A stretch of DNA of 23,568 nt, from positions 15,095 through 38,662 of the forward strand of contig CAYRKE010000039.1 of the NCBI GenBank assembly GCA_964424695.1, written 5' to 3'. The notes beneath the pieces were generated by a model. That model was not told the DNA's origin. It worked only from the letters and a program-made list of their open reading frames with translations, and made no database searches. Of the stretch, positions 1 to 7,444 are shown piece by piece; position 1 is the first letter of the stretch; each line of letters begins with the position of its first letter. The DNA comes from an uncultured Polyangiaceae bacterium. Its GTDB lineage: Bacteria; Myxococcota_A; Polyangia; Polyangiales; Polyangiaceae. A program made the position numbers and the translations under genes.

Positions 1-1758
1 GTCTTCGATGAGCTGGGTGCAGGCCTGCTCGCAAGCCCCTATCGAAGTGCATCCACTCACGTTGAAGCAGTCAATGAGCTCACGACAGCCCTCGGTAGAG
101 TCGCAGATCAGCATCGAATCCACACAACTCGTGCAGAGACAAGCCTCGCAGGCTGTGTTGTCCGTGAGGTCTACCGCCAGGCATCTATCGAGCTCTGAGC
201 CGCAGCTGCCGCACCCAAGCTCCACGACCCTGTCGACGCAGTCTCGATCCCACATGATGTCGCAGCAGTAGGGGTCGGCGAGGGTTGGATCGGGGTGGTC
301 GCAAACGCAGGCGCTAATCGACTCGTCCTCACAGTACGGAGTCCCGTGGGTTTCGCAGCAGGCGCCAGCATGCAGCTCGCCACCCTGCCCGGCGGTCCCA
401 GCTCCGCCCCCCGCTCCACCGGCCCCAGTGCCGCCTGCGCCGCCCGTCGACGGACAACCTCCACAGAAGGTCTCGGACTCGGTGGCTTCGTAAACGCACC
501 GCTCGTCCCAGGTTCCGAGACAGCAATCGGGATCCCAGTCACAAACGCAGGCCTGCAGTTCCGGGTCGTTGCACCCAGGACCGGCGTGAACCGCGCAACA
601 ATCCCCATTCGCAGCCCCGGCGCTCCCGCCTGTCCCGGAGCTGCCGGAACCGCCACCGGTGCCACCAGAGCTGGTGCCCCCCGTAGGTAGCCCGCCGGTC
701 CCTGAACTGCCACCACTTCCGCCAGTGGCTGGCGTGCCGCCGGTACCTCCAGAGGAGCCGCCGCCGCCGCCGCTGCCTCCGACGGATGAGCAGGTGCCGC
801 AACCTCGGCTATCTACCCCTCGTACACAATCGATATCCCAACGACTGGTGCAACAGTACTCGTCCTCTCCACAAACGCACTCTGCGATCGCTGGATCGTT
901 GCATCCCGGAGTCAGGTGCTCGGTGCAACAAGGCTCCGTCGACGGAGTACCACCAGATGGAAGTCCGCCCCCGCTCGCGCCAAGGCCCCCCATGGCTCCG
1001 AATCCGCCCGTGCCCCCCGAACCGCCGGTCGCGCCGAATCCGCCCGTGCCGCTCACACCTCCGGTGCCTCCGGAACTTGAACATGAACCACAGTCCGCCA
1101 GAGTGACGTAGTCAACGCAGACCCTGTCCCAAGCGGTGGTGCAGCACCTCATGTCAACCATGCAGACACAGGCCGCCACTGCCAAGTCGCTGCAGAGTGG
1201 AGTGTTGTGCACGGTGCAACAGCCCTCCAGATTGGGCAATCCCCCTACTCCGAAAAACCCGCCGATTCCACTGCCGATGGTCCCTCCAGCCCCGCCGCCA
1301 GATGTGAGCCCGCGACCGCCGGTTCCGCCACCGGCGTGCCATCCCCCCGTACTCCCCCCCGACGCGATGCCGCCAGTTCCGCCCTCTTCAGGTGAGACCA
1401 CCTCGCATTCGCGAATGCAGGCCTGCGACGATTCGCCGTGACAGAGGCACTCCAAGTAGCAGGTGCCGCAACCACTGCAGTCAGGATAGTTGCAGCTCTG
1501 GGAACAAGCGTTGTCGCAGTAGCTCTCGTCTCCACCGCTGCACTCGCATAGAGCCTCGCACGAAGGACAGCTCAGGCAGCTCGGCTCTGCGCAGATAGGC
1601 GCATCGTCGGAATCGCTCCCACCGGTACCGAGAGCGCTGTTGCCGCCCAGCAACGCCGCCCCCTGCAAGGGCCAGTCGTCACCGCTGCGTGCCCCACAAC
1701 CGTCCACCAAGATCCCAAGCGAAAAGAAAGCTCCTACCCATTGAGTCGGCTTCAGCAT
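1..1758 (-). CDS. Secreted cysteine-rich protein with glycine-rich linkers, probable lipoprotein; the 3' end lies beyond the window start and 586 codons are visible
   Basis: Missing from the supplied ORF track because it runs off the window edge. I read the minus strand from the ATG (complement of cat 1756-1758) in the frame whose codons occupy 3k+1..3k+3. No tta/cta/tca triplet occurs down to position 1. The N-terminus MLKPTQWVGAFFSLGILVDGC looks like a signal peptide with an imperfect lipobox. The rest is Cys-dense modules separated by GGTGG/GGSGG-type linkers. Confidence 0.75.
   Translation of the reverse strand, partial: MLKPTQWVGAFFSLGILVDGCGARSGDDWPLQGAALLGGNSALGTGGSDSDDAPICAEPSCLSCPSCEALCECSGGDESYCDNACSQSCNYPDCSGCGTCYLECLCHGESSQACIRECEVVSPEEGGTGGIASGGSTGGWHAGGGTGGRGLTSGGGAGGTIGSGIGGFFGVGGLPNLEGCCTVHNTPLCSDLAVAACVCMVDMRCCTTAWDRVCVDYVTLADCGSCSSSGGTGGVSGTGGFGATGGSGGTGGFGAMGGLGASGGGLPSGGTPSTEPCCTEHLTPGCNDPAIAECVCGEDEYCCTSRWDIDCVRGVDSRGCGTCSSVGGSGGGGGSSGGTGGTPATGGSGGSSGTGGLPTGGTSSGGTGGGSGSSGTGGSAGAANGDCCAVHAGPGCNDPELQACVCDWDPDCCLGTWDERCVYEATESETFCGGCPSTGGAGGTGAGGAGGGAGTAGQGGELHAGACCETHGTPYCEDESISACVCDHPDPTLADPYCCDIMWDRDCVDRVVELGCGSCGSELDRCLAVDLTDNTACEACLCTSCVDSMLICDSTEGCRELIDCFNVSGCTSIGACEQACTQLIED
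202..1221 (-). repeat. Four tandem protein-level repeats of 10 Cys each inside the Cys-rich CDS, at 1081-1221, 790-930, 454-600 and 202-360
   Basis: Hand translation gives four modules: CCTVHNTPLCSDLAVAACVCMVDMRCCTTAWDRVCVDYVTLADCGSC; CCTEHLTPGCNDPAIAECVCGEDEYCCTSRWDIDCVRGVDSRGCGTC; CCAVHAGPGCNDPELQACVCDWDPDCCLGTWDERCVYEATESETFCGGC; CCETHGTPYCEDESISACVCDHPDPTLADPYCCDIMWDRDCVDRVVELGCGSC. The shared skeleton is CC-x2-H-x2-P-x-C-x-D-x5-CVC-x(n)-CC-x3-WD-x2-CV-x(n)-CG-x-C. Confidence 0.8.
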
Positions 1759-2603
1759 TCCCCCAAGCTTAGGGCATCACGACTACCGACGCCGACAAGA
1801 TCGTCATGCGTGCTCCAGGGTACCACCAAGGAATCCTCACAAGCATCCCGGCTGCAACCACGCTGAGCACCTCCAATCTCGATGCCCGGAAGCGCGCACC
1901 GGAGGCGCGGGCCGGTACGGCAAGCCCATCCCTGAGTAGAACCCGGCGTCGCACGTGTCTCCGACGGCCCGTTGCCCATTGGATGCACCGCGAAGCCACG
2001 GGGTCGTCGTTCGGCCTGAACTGAAACGTGACAGCAACGCCCCGACTAGAGTGGGAACTGGCACCCGCGCCGTGCTGACTCGGTGCGCGCGCGGCGCAAG
2101 GGGTGCGCCGATAACGGCAATGTGGTGCAGAGGTGCGGTCGATCTGCCCCGCCGCGAACGCTGACCCTTGCGTCGATTGCCGAAGTGTGGGCAGTCTGAG
2201 CGCCTGTTGAGGTAACAGATGAGCAGTAATCTGGCCGACGGCCGTTCACGGGCGGAATGCCTGGAGCTTGTAGCGCCGAGTCGGGATTCCGAGCCAGTGC
2301 GGAGCTCGGCCCGCGAGTCATCGGATTCGCAAGAAGTCTATGTTCACGATACGATTCCAGCTCCACCGCCAGACGACGTGGATGACTCCGAGGTCGGCCC
2401 AGTCTAAATCTGCCCTCCTGCCCGTCACCCGCCGACTACGGATTGTCACGAGCCGCACCGAACGGTTTATGCTCGCCGCACCGCGGCGCAGGCTTGCCGA
2501 TCGGTTCTGCTCACCCCAACGCTCCCCGGTCCACAGCCTGCAGTCGGGGTAATTCGCGTCATTGGCTCGACATCGCAGTGTCGGGTCTCGGAGGTTTTCA
2601 AAA

Positions 2604-3440
2604 ATGTCGAGCATATGGAGCTCCAATATCTTCAGGCGCTACCTGCTCTCGCTCACCGCGCTGCTGGTGTTGTTGAGTGCGGGAACGGCCTTCGCAGTGG
2701 GCCAGGTCAAGTGGACAACAACGACCATCAAACCGTTGAGTGATGGCAACTCCTGGCGACTCGAGATGGCCATCTATCTCCCAAGCAAGCCGGACTTTGC
2801 GAACCTTCCCGTGAAGTTCGAGTTTCTCCCCACGGTATACTTCGAGCGGTCGATGGTCGACGGCGACAAGGAGCTCATTCGCGACGTGCCCATCGAGGGC
2901 CGCCAGCCCCTCGTCGAATCGGTCGAAGTCGGCTTTCTGGATCCTGGCACGGGTGAGATCCAGAAGAGGACCAAATTCACGTTCAAGCTGCGCCGCGACC
3001 GTGGTTATGACGCAGGAAAGTACAGAGTGACGCTCAAGGACGGCCGAAACGGCAACGTCCTTGGTCAGCCCACCAACATCACACTCGAAGGTCAAAACGA
3101 ACTCATCGACCGCCGATCCATGGACTTCTCGGCCAAGCCCAAAGAGAAGAAGGAATCCGCAGACGGCGATGAAGCGGCCGACAAGAAAGAAGAGAACAAG
3201 GAGGACTCTTCTTCGTCCGAGAGCGCGGAATCGAGCGAGAGCGACGAGCCCGCCGCGGGGACCGAGGACGATGAGGAGTACAGCGAGGCCGACGACGAGC
3301 CCGCGGGCGAGATCAAGGAGAAGCCCGGTGGCTGCGGCTGCCGCACCGCGGGCATGGCCAACCATTCATCGAGACCAGTGGCGTGGCTCGCGGCCTTCGC
3401 AGCGCTCGGCGTGGTGGGCATCCGCCGGCGCAGGGCGTGA
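2604..3440 (+). CDS. Secreted surface protein with a MYXO-CTERM sorting signal: unknown beta-rich N-domain, acidic low-complexity spacer, then GCGC plus hydrophobic helix plus RRRR tail
   Basis: ORF 2562-3440. I prefer the internal ATG at 2604 because GGAGG at 2590-2594 lies 9 nt upstream, and it gives the signal peptide MSSIWSSNIFRRYLLSLTALLVLLSAGTAFA. The C-terminus KPGGCGCRTAG...WLAAFAALGVVGIRRRRA matches the MYXO-CTERM architecture (TIGR03901-type) as I know it. Confidence 0.8.
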   Translation: MSSIWSSNIFRRYLLSLTALLVLLSAGTAFAVGQVKWTTTTIKPLSDGNSWRLEMAIYLPSKPDFANLPVKFEFLPTVYFERSMVDGDKELIRDVPIEGRQPLVESVEVGFLDPGTGEIQKRTKFTFKLRRDRGYDAGKYRVTLKDGRNGNVLGQPTNITLEGQNELIDRRSMDFSAKPKEKKESADGDEAADKKEENKEDSSSSESAESSESDEPAAGTEDDEEYSEADDEPAGEIKEKPGGCGCRTAGMANHSSRPVAWLAAFAALGVVGIRRRRA

Positions 3441-3587
3441 GGCTAGAATCAGCGAAAGCCAAGGCCAGCGGCCGCCCGCTCGGAGTCGGGCCGTCTCGCC
3501 GCGGCGGGTTCGCGACCGGATAGAAAGGTGAGTCACCCCGGCGGCCGTGCTCCAAGTGGGGCGCGGCCGCGGCATATGGCGGGGCCA

Positions 3588-4748
3588 TCATCGGCACGCA
3601 GCTGTAACCCGCTGGCAGAGCCGCCGCACCCCTTCATCGAACTCAGACTCGGAGGGAAGTAGGCTCACCACCACGAGGGGCACATCCGAGAAGTCAAAAT
3701 ACCAGCCGGGCTGCACGATGACGCCGTCGTCGGCCAAGAGCCACGAGCACCATTCGTCCTCGGTGGACACCGCCGGAAGGCGGATCACAGCGTACCATCC
3801 AGCCTCCACGTGAAGAACTGTGCACGGGCTTCCTTCGAGCGATCGTCGAAGTGCGTGAAGGTTCCGGCGGATGCGCGTCCGAATCGCCTCACCCGTTCGT
3901 GCCCCCACCTCGAGTATCGTGGACAAGGCATGCTGCACTGGTGATGCGACTGAGAGGTACGTGTCGGCGATCAGTTCGAGACGCTCCATCGCTTCCGCGA
4001 CGACGTCCGGGGGACCTCCCACAGCGAGCCACGCCAGCTTGAGCTGAGGGAGTCCGCACAGCTTCGAAAGGCCACCGAGCACGAAGGTCAGCGACGCTGC
4101 GCTTCGAAGGGCCGTGGCGCACATGTCGACACCGGAAGTGTGCGCGTAAGATCCGAAGACCTCGTCCGAGACAATGGGAACTCCGAGCCGCTCGAGCCAG
4201 CCAAGCTCCGCGTCACTGATCACGTTGCCCGTCGGATTGTTCGGACTGACAATGACAATGGCGCGGGTCCGATCAGACAGCGCTCGTCCGACCGAGTCGA
4301 GATCCACGAACCAGCGGCCGTCATAGGCGAGGCGATAGGGACGAAGTGAGACTCGTTCAAGCCGTGCCAAGTGCTCGAGCAAAGGGTAACCTGGTTCAGG
4401 AACCAGCACCTCGTCCCCAGGATCACAGAGAAGCTTGAACAAAAATGAGTAGGCCTCGCTGGTGCTCGCAGTGAGCAAGATGCGCTCCGGAGGAGGGCGA
4501 ACCCCGAGCAGGAAAGTCCTGGCCACAGCCTCCCTCGCTTGCAGCAGTCCGAGGGGCGTCGGCTCGTACCGCAGACCGCCCGGAGCGGAGAGGGCCGCGA
4601 GCACCTCGCGACCGTCGACCGAAAGGCCGCACGCCGTCGGATTCGATACCGTCAAATCGATGAGGGGCCTGCCGTCGTCACGGGCAGCCGCAAGAGCTCC
4701 CGCTAACGCATTGGGACTATCGGGTTTGATTGAAGTACTGGAAAACAC
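3588..4748 (-). CDS. PLP-dependent aminotransferase, class I/II fold
   Basis: Motifs SPNNPTG, SDEVF and LSKLCGLPQLKLAW (PLP-lysine region) are present. The track ORF extends to 5051, but that extension overlaps the divergent TraB gene and looks non-protein-like. An in-frame GTG at 4748 gives the N-terminus (M)FSSTSIKPDSPNALAGAL...IDLTVSNPT, typical of this family. The start is uncertain. Confidence 0.8.
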   Translation of the reverse strand: MFSSTSIKPDSPNALAGALAAARDDGRPLIDLTVSNPTACGLSVDGREVLAALSAPGGLRYEPTPLGLLQAREAVARTFLLGVRPPPERILLTASTSEAYSFLFKLLCDPGDEVLVPEPGYPLLEHLARLERVSLRPYRLAYDGRWFVDLDSVGRALSDRTRAIVIVSPNNPTGNVISDAELGWLERLGVPIVSDEVFGSYAHTSGVDMCATALRSAASLTFVLGGLSKLCGLPQLKLAWLAVGGPPDVVAEAMERLELIADTYLSVASPVQHALSTILEVGARTGEAIRTRIRRNLHALRRSLEGSPCTVLHVEAGWYAVIRLPAVSTEDEWCSWLLADDGVIVQPGWYFDFSDVPLVVVSLLPSESEFDEGVRRLCQRVTAACR

Positions 4749-4830
4749 GGCTTTTATGGTGATGCCCCCCGGGGACGTACTCGTTCCGGCGGTGTCGCAC
4801 TGATCGTGCGCTATAGCTTGGCGGACTGAA

Positions 4831-5994
4831 GTGGACAATCCCAAGCACGTAACGAGGGTCGAACACGAGGGCCGCGAGATTCTGCTCGTGGGCACAGCGC
4901 ACATCTCTGCGCGGAGTGTCACCGAGGTGGAGCAAGTCATCGAGCGCGAACGCCCTGATTCGGTGTGCGTTGAGCTGGACCAAGCGAGATACGAGTCGCT
5001 CCTCGACGAAGACCGCTGGGCGAAACTCGACGTGTTCGAAGTCATCCGCAAGAAGCGCGTCGTCTACCTGCTCGTGAACATCGCGCTCGCCGCCTACCAG
5101 CGGCGACTCGGCGCTCGTCTCGGGGTCCGTCCCGGTGCCGAGTTCGCTGCAGCGATCCGCAAAGCACGGGAGGTTGGTGCACAGCTGGTTCTGGCCGACC
5201 GCGACGTCCAGACCACGCTGAAGCGCGCCTGGCATGGCATGTCCTGCTGGACGAAGGCACGAGTCGCAGCATCACTGCTCGCCCTGCCGTTCGCGGTCGA
5301 GGAATTGACCGAAGAAACGCTCGAGCAGCTGAAAGACCGCGACACAATCAGTGAGATGCTCGAGGCTTTCGCGAAGGAAGTGCCTGGCGTGAAGGAGCCC
5401 CTCATCGACGAGCGGGACCGGTATCTGATCAGCACGGTGACCGACGCGCCGGGAAAGAAGATCGTAGCGGTCGTAGGAGCGGGCCATATCGCCGGCATGC
5501 TGGCGAACCTGGGACGCCCTGTGGACCGAGAAGCCCTCAGCATCGTTCCCCGCGCCTCGCGGCTCAACAGGTGGTTCGCTTGGATCGTGCCCATGCTCAT
5601 CTTGGCCGCATGCTACCTCGCGTACCACGCGAACGCTGCCGACGGCGTGAAGGACGTCCTCATTGCCTGGACTCTCCCCAACCTCGTCGTCGTGGGACTC
5701 TCCTTGGTCCTCGCCGGAGCCAAGCCGCTAACCATCGCGCTGGCAACCGCGGCTTCGCCGATGGCGGGCCTCAATCCAACCCTCAATGTGGGACAGATTG
5801 CTGCGCTCCTCGAGGCGCGGCTGCGGCGCCCCACGGTCATCGAGTGTCGGAGAGTCACGGACGACATCCTGCATCGGAAGGGCGTCTACGCGAACGGCCT
5901 TCTGCGAGTGCTGCTCGTGGCAATTGCGACCAACCTCAGCGCAACACTGGGAGCCTGGCTCGGAGTGGTCTGGGCAGCACTCTCGCTGTACTAG
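4831..5994 (+). CDS. TraB/PrgY family protein with C-terminal transmembrane segments
   Basis: GTG start. EILLVGTAHISARSVTEVEQVIERERPDSVCVELDQAR and VVGAGHIAG are the TraB-family signatures (TIGR00261-like). Several C-terminal hydrophobic helices follow. Confidence 0.85.
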   Translation: MDNPKHVTRVEHEGREILLVGTAHISARSVTEVEQVIERERPDSVCVELDQARYESLLDEDRWAKLDVFEVIRKKRVVYLLVNIALAAYQRRLGARLGVRPGAEFAAAIRKAREVGAQLVLADRDVQTTLKRAWHGMSCWTKARVAASLLALPFAVEELTEETLEQLKDRDTISEMLEAFAKEVPGVKEPLIDERDRYLISTVTDAPGKKIVAVVGAGHIAGMLANLGRPVDREALSIVPRASRLNRWFAWIVPMLILAACYLAYHANAADGVKDVLIAWTLPNLVVVGLSLVLAGAKPLTIALATAASPMAGLNPTLNVGQIAALLEARLRRPTVIECRRVTDDILHRKGVYANGLLRVLLVAIATNLSATLGAWLGVVWAALSLY

Positions 5995-6443
5995 GACGCC
6001 GAGAGTCCCAAACGGCTTTGCGGGAGGTGAACCGATTCGTCGCGACCAACCCGCAGATTGAACCCCACGCGGTTTGCGGGATTCCGCCCGCTCCCCAGCG
6101 GAGTCGCCCAGGCGCCGATGAGTCGGCGCGGCCCAGCGAGCCAAGCGAGGTTAGTGAACCGATCCCGTCGACGCTGGCAGCTCGCCAAGTCATCTGGCTC
6201 CGTGTCAAGGTTACCCAAATCCCCGGCTCGCATCGAACCCCTGGCCGACAGGCCACCTTGGCGCGTTAGCGCCTGCAGCGTTGGCATGTCTGGATCTCCC
6301 CCACCCGCACCAGCCACGCCAGAGACCTGGCGTCCGAAACCCACTTCCGACGTTGGCCGGGAACGCTAGCCTTGAGGCTGGGAGCCGTGTCAACGTGTCC
6401 GCCCCCGAACAGAACGAACGAGTCCAACGCAAGGAGCACGGTG

Positions 6444-7439
6444 ATGAAATCCCTGGAACACGAGTGGCCCAGCTTTCTGCGCGTGCCCGAAGATGACGAG
6501 CTTGGCATCGCGCGACCTCGATCGCAGGAGCTGGCTCGCTGGGTCTGGTATGATGGGGAGCTGCGTGAGTCCAGCGAGGTGAGCGTCCACTACTATGCCA
6601 ACGCGCTTCACTATGGGACGGCCGTCTTCGAAGGTGTGCGCTGCTATCCCAGCGCTCGGGGCCCCGTCTTGCTGCGGCTGCGCGATCACGTGGAGCGGTT
6701 CGCTACCTCGGCGTCCATATACGGCATGGTGCTGCCCTACTCCCTCGAACAGCTCGAACAAGCCTCCATCGAGGTCACGGCTCGCAATGGGATCAGAGAC
6801 GGCTACCTGCGACCGCTTGCATTCTTCGGGCACGGCCCCATCGACCTCACACCCAAGCGAGAGTGCCCGGTGCACGTGCTCCTGGCTATTCGAACCCTCG
6901 GAACATATCTCGGCGAGGGCGCACTCCGGAACGGAATCCGCGTCACTGTCTCGTCATTCCGCAAGTGCCACCGCAGCATGCTTCCAACAGCCGCCAAAGC
7001 CAGCGGGCACTACGCCAACAACGTGCTGGCGGCTCACGAAGCTATGGACCGCGGATTCGACGACGCCATTCTCCTCAACTTGGACGACTCCGTGGCCTGC
7101 GCCACAGGGATGAACGTGTTCTACGAGGCCGCGGGAACACTGCACACGAACGACGAGACCTCCTCGATCGTGCCGGGAATCACCAGGGATTGTATCATCC
7201 AGCTGGCCCGAGAGAACAACGTCCCCGTGAGCATCCATGCGTTCACCGCGGCCGACTTGATGGATGCGGACGAGGTATTTCTCACCGGAACTGCCGCAGA
7301 GGTCACCCCGGTGAGGGAGCTCGACGGCAGGACGTTCCGAACCGGTCGCGGCACACTCGGCGCCCAGCTGCAGCGCGCGTACCTCCGCGCCGTCACTGGC
7401 AAGGACGAGCGCCATTTGGACTGGCTCCGCTTCGTCTGA
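6444..7439 (+). CDS. ilvE: Branched-chain amino acid aminotransferase (class IV PLP fold)
   Basis: Motifs LHYGTAVFEGVRCY, the lysine region PTAAKASGHYANNVLA, PGITRD and FLTGTAAEVTPV are present. The track ORF starts at 6372. I prefer the ATG at 6444 because AGGAG at 6432-6436 lies 7 nt upstream. Confidence 0.85.
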   Translation: MKSLEHEWPSFLRVPEDDELGIARPRSQELARWVWYDGELRESSEVSVHYYANALHYGTAVFEGVRCYPSARGPVLLRLRDHVERFATSASIYGMVLPYSLEQLEQASIEVTARNGIRDGYLRPLAFFGHGPIDLTPKRECPVHVLLAIRTLGTYLGEGALRNGIRVTVSSFRKCHRSMLPTAAKASGHYANNVLAAHEAMDRGFDDAILLNLDDSVACATGMNVFYEAAGTLHTNDETSSIVPGITRDCIIQLARENNVPVSIHAFTAADLMDADEVFLTGTAAEVTPVRELDGRTFRTGRGTLGAQLQRAYLRAVTGKDERHLDWLRFV

Positions 7440-7444
7440 ACCGC

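Noticed and set aside
171-1535. Multiple 60-180-aa ORFs rich in Pro, Arg or Gly on both strands (e.g. 171-716 minus, 295-690 plus, 659-1111 plus with PPVPPE repeats, 1136-1441 plus, 1245-1535 minus)
   Set aside because: They are off-frame or antisense shadows of the Cys/Gly-rich CDS, since GGN glycine codons read as NCC proline on the other strand. None has an independent RBS or a recognisable domain. The edge-truncated minus-strand frame explains the whole region with a coherent repeat architecture.
2059-2075. Sigma-54-like TGGCAC element (TGGCACccgcgccgTGC) upstream of the MYXO-CTERM gene
   Set aside because: The GC of the -12 element is displaced by 2 nt relative to the strict GG-N10-GC spacing. 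The element also lies more than 500 bp from the nearest start codon. A similar TGGCAC on the minus strand near 13677 is off by 1 nt.
3441-3587. GC palindromes (CGCCGCGGCG, GCGGCCGC) between the convergent MYXO-CTERM and aminotransferase genes, considered as an intrinsic terminator
   Set aside because: I could only draw short (about 5-bp) or imperfect stems and found no U-tract. GC-only palindromes are expected by chance at this base composition.
4749-5051. N-terminal 101-aa extension of the aminotransferase ORF as listed in the track
   Set aside because: It overlaps the divergent TraB gene by about 220 bp, is Ser/Thr/Arg-rich, and has no counterpart in aminotransferases. The in-frame GTG at 4748 gives a family-typical N-terminus.
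6205-6250. GGTTCGAT-containing stretch on the minus strand that resembles a tRNA T-loop
   Set aside because: No complementary 5-bp T-stem arms, acceptor stem or anticodon arm can be drawn around it. I found no cloverleaf in any intergenic region.
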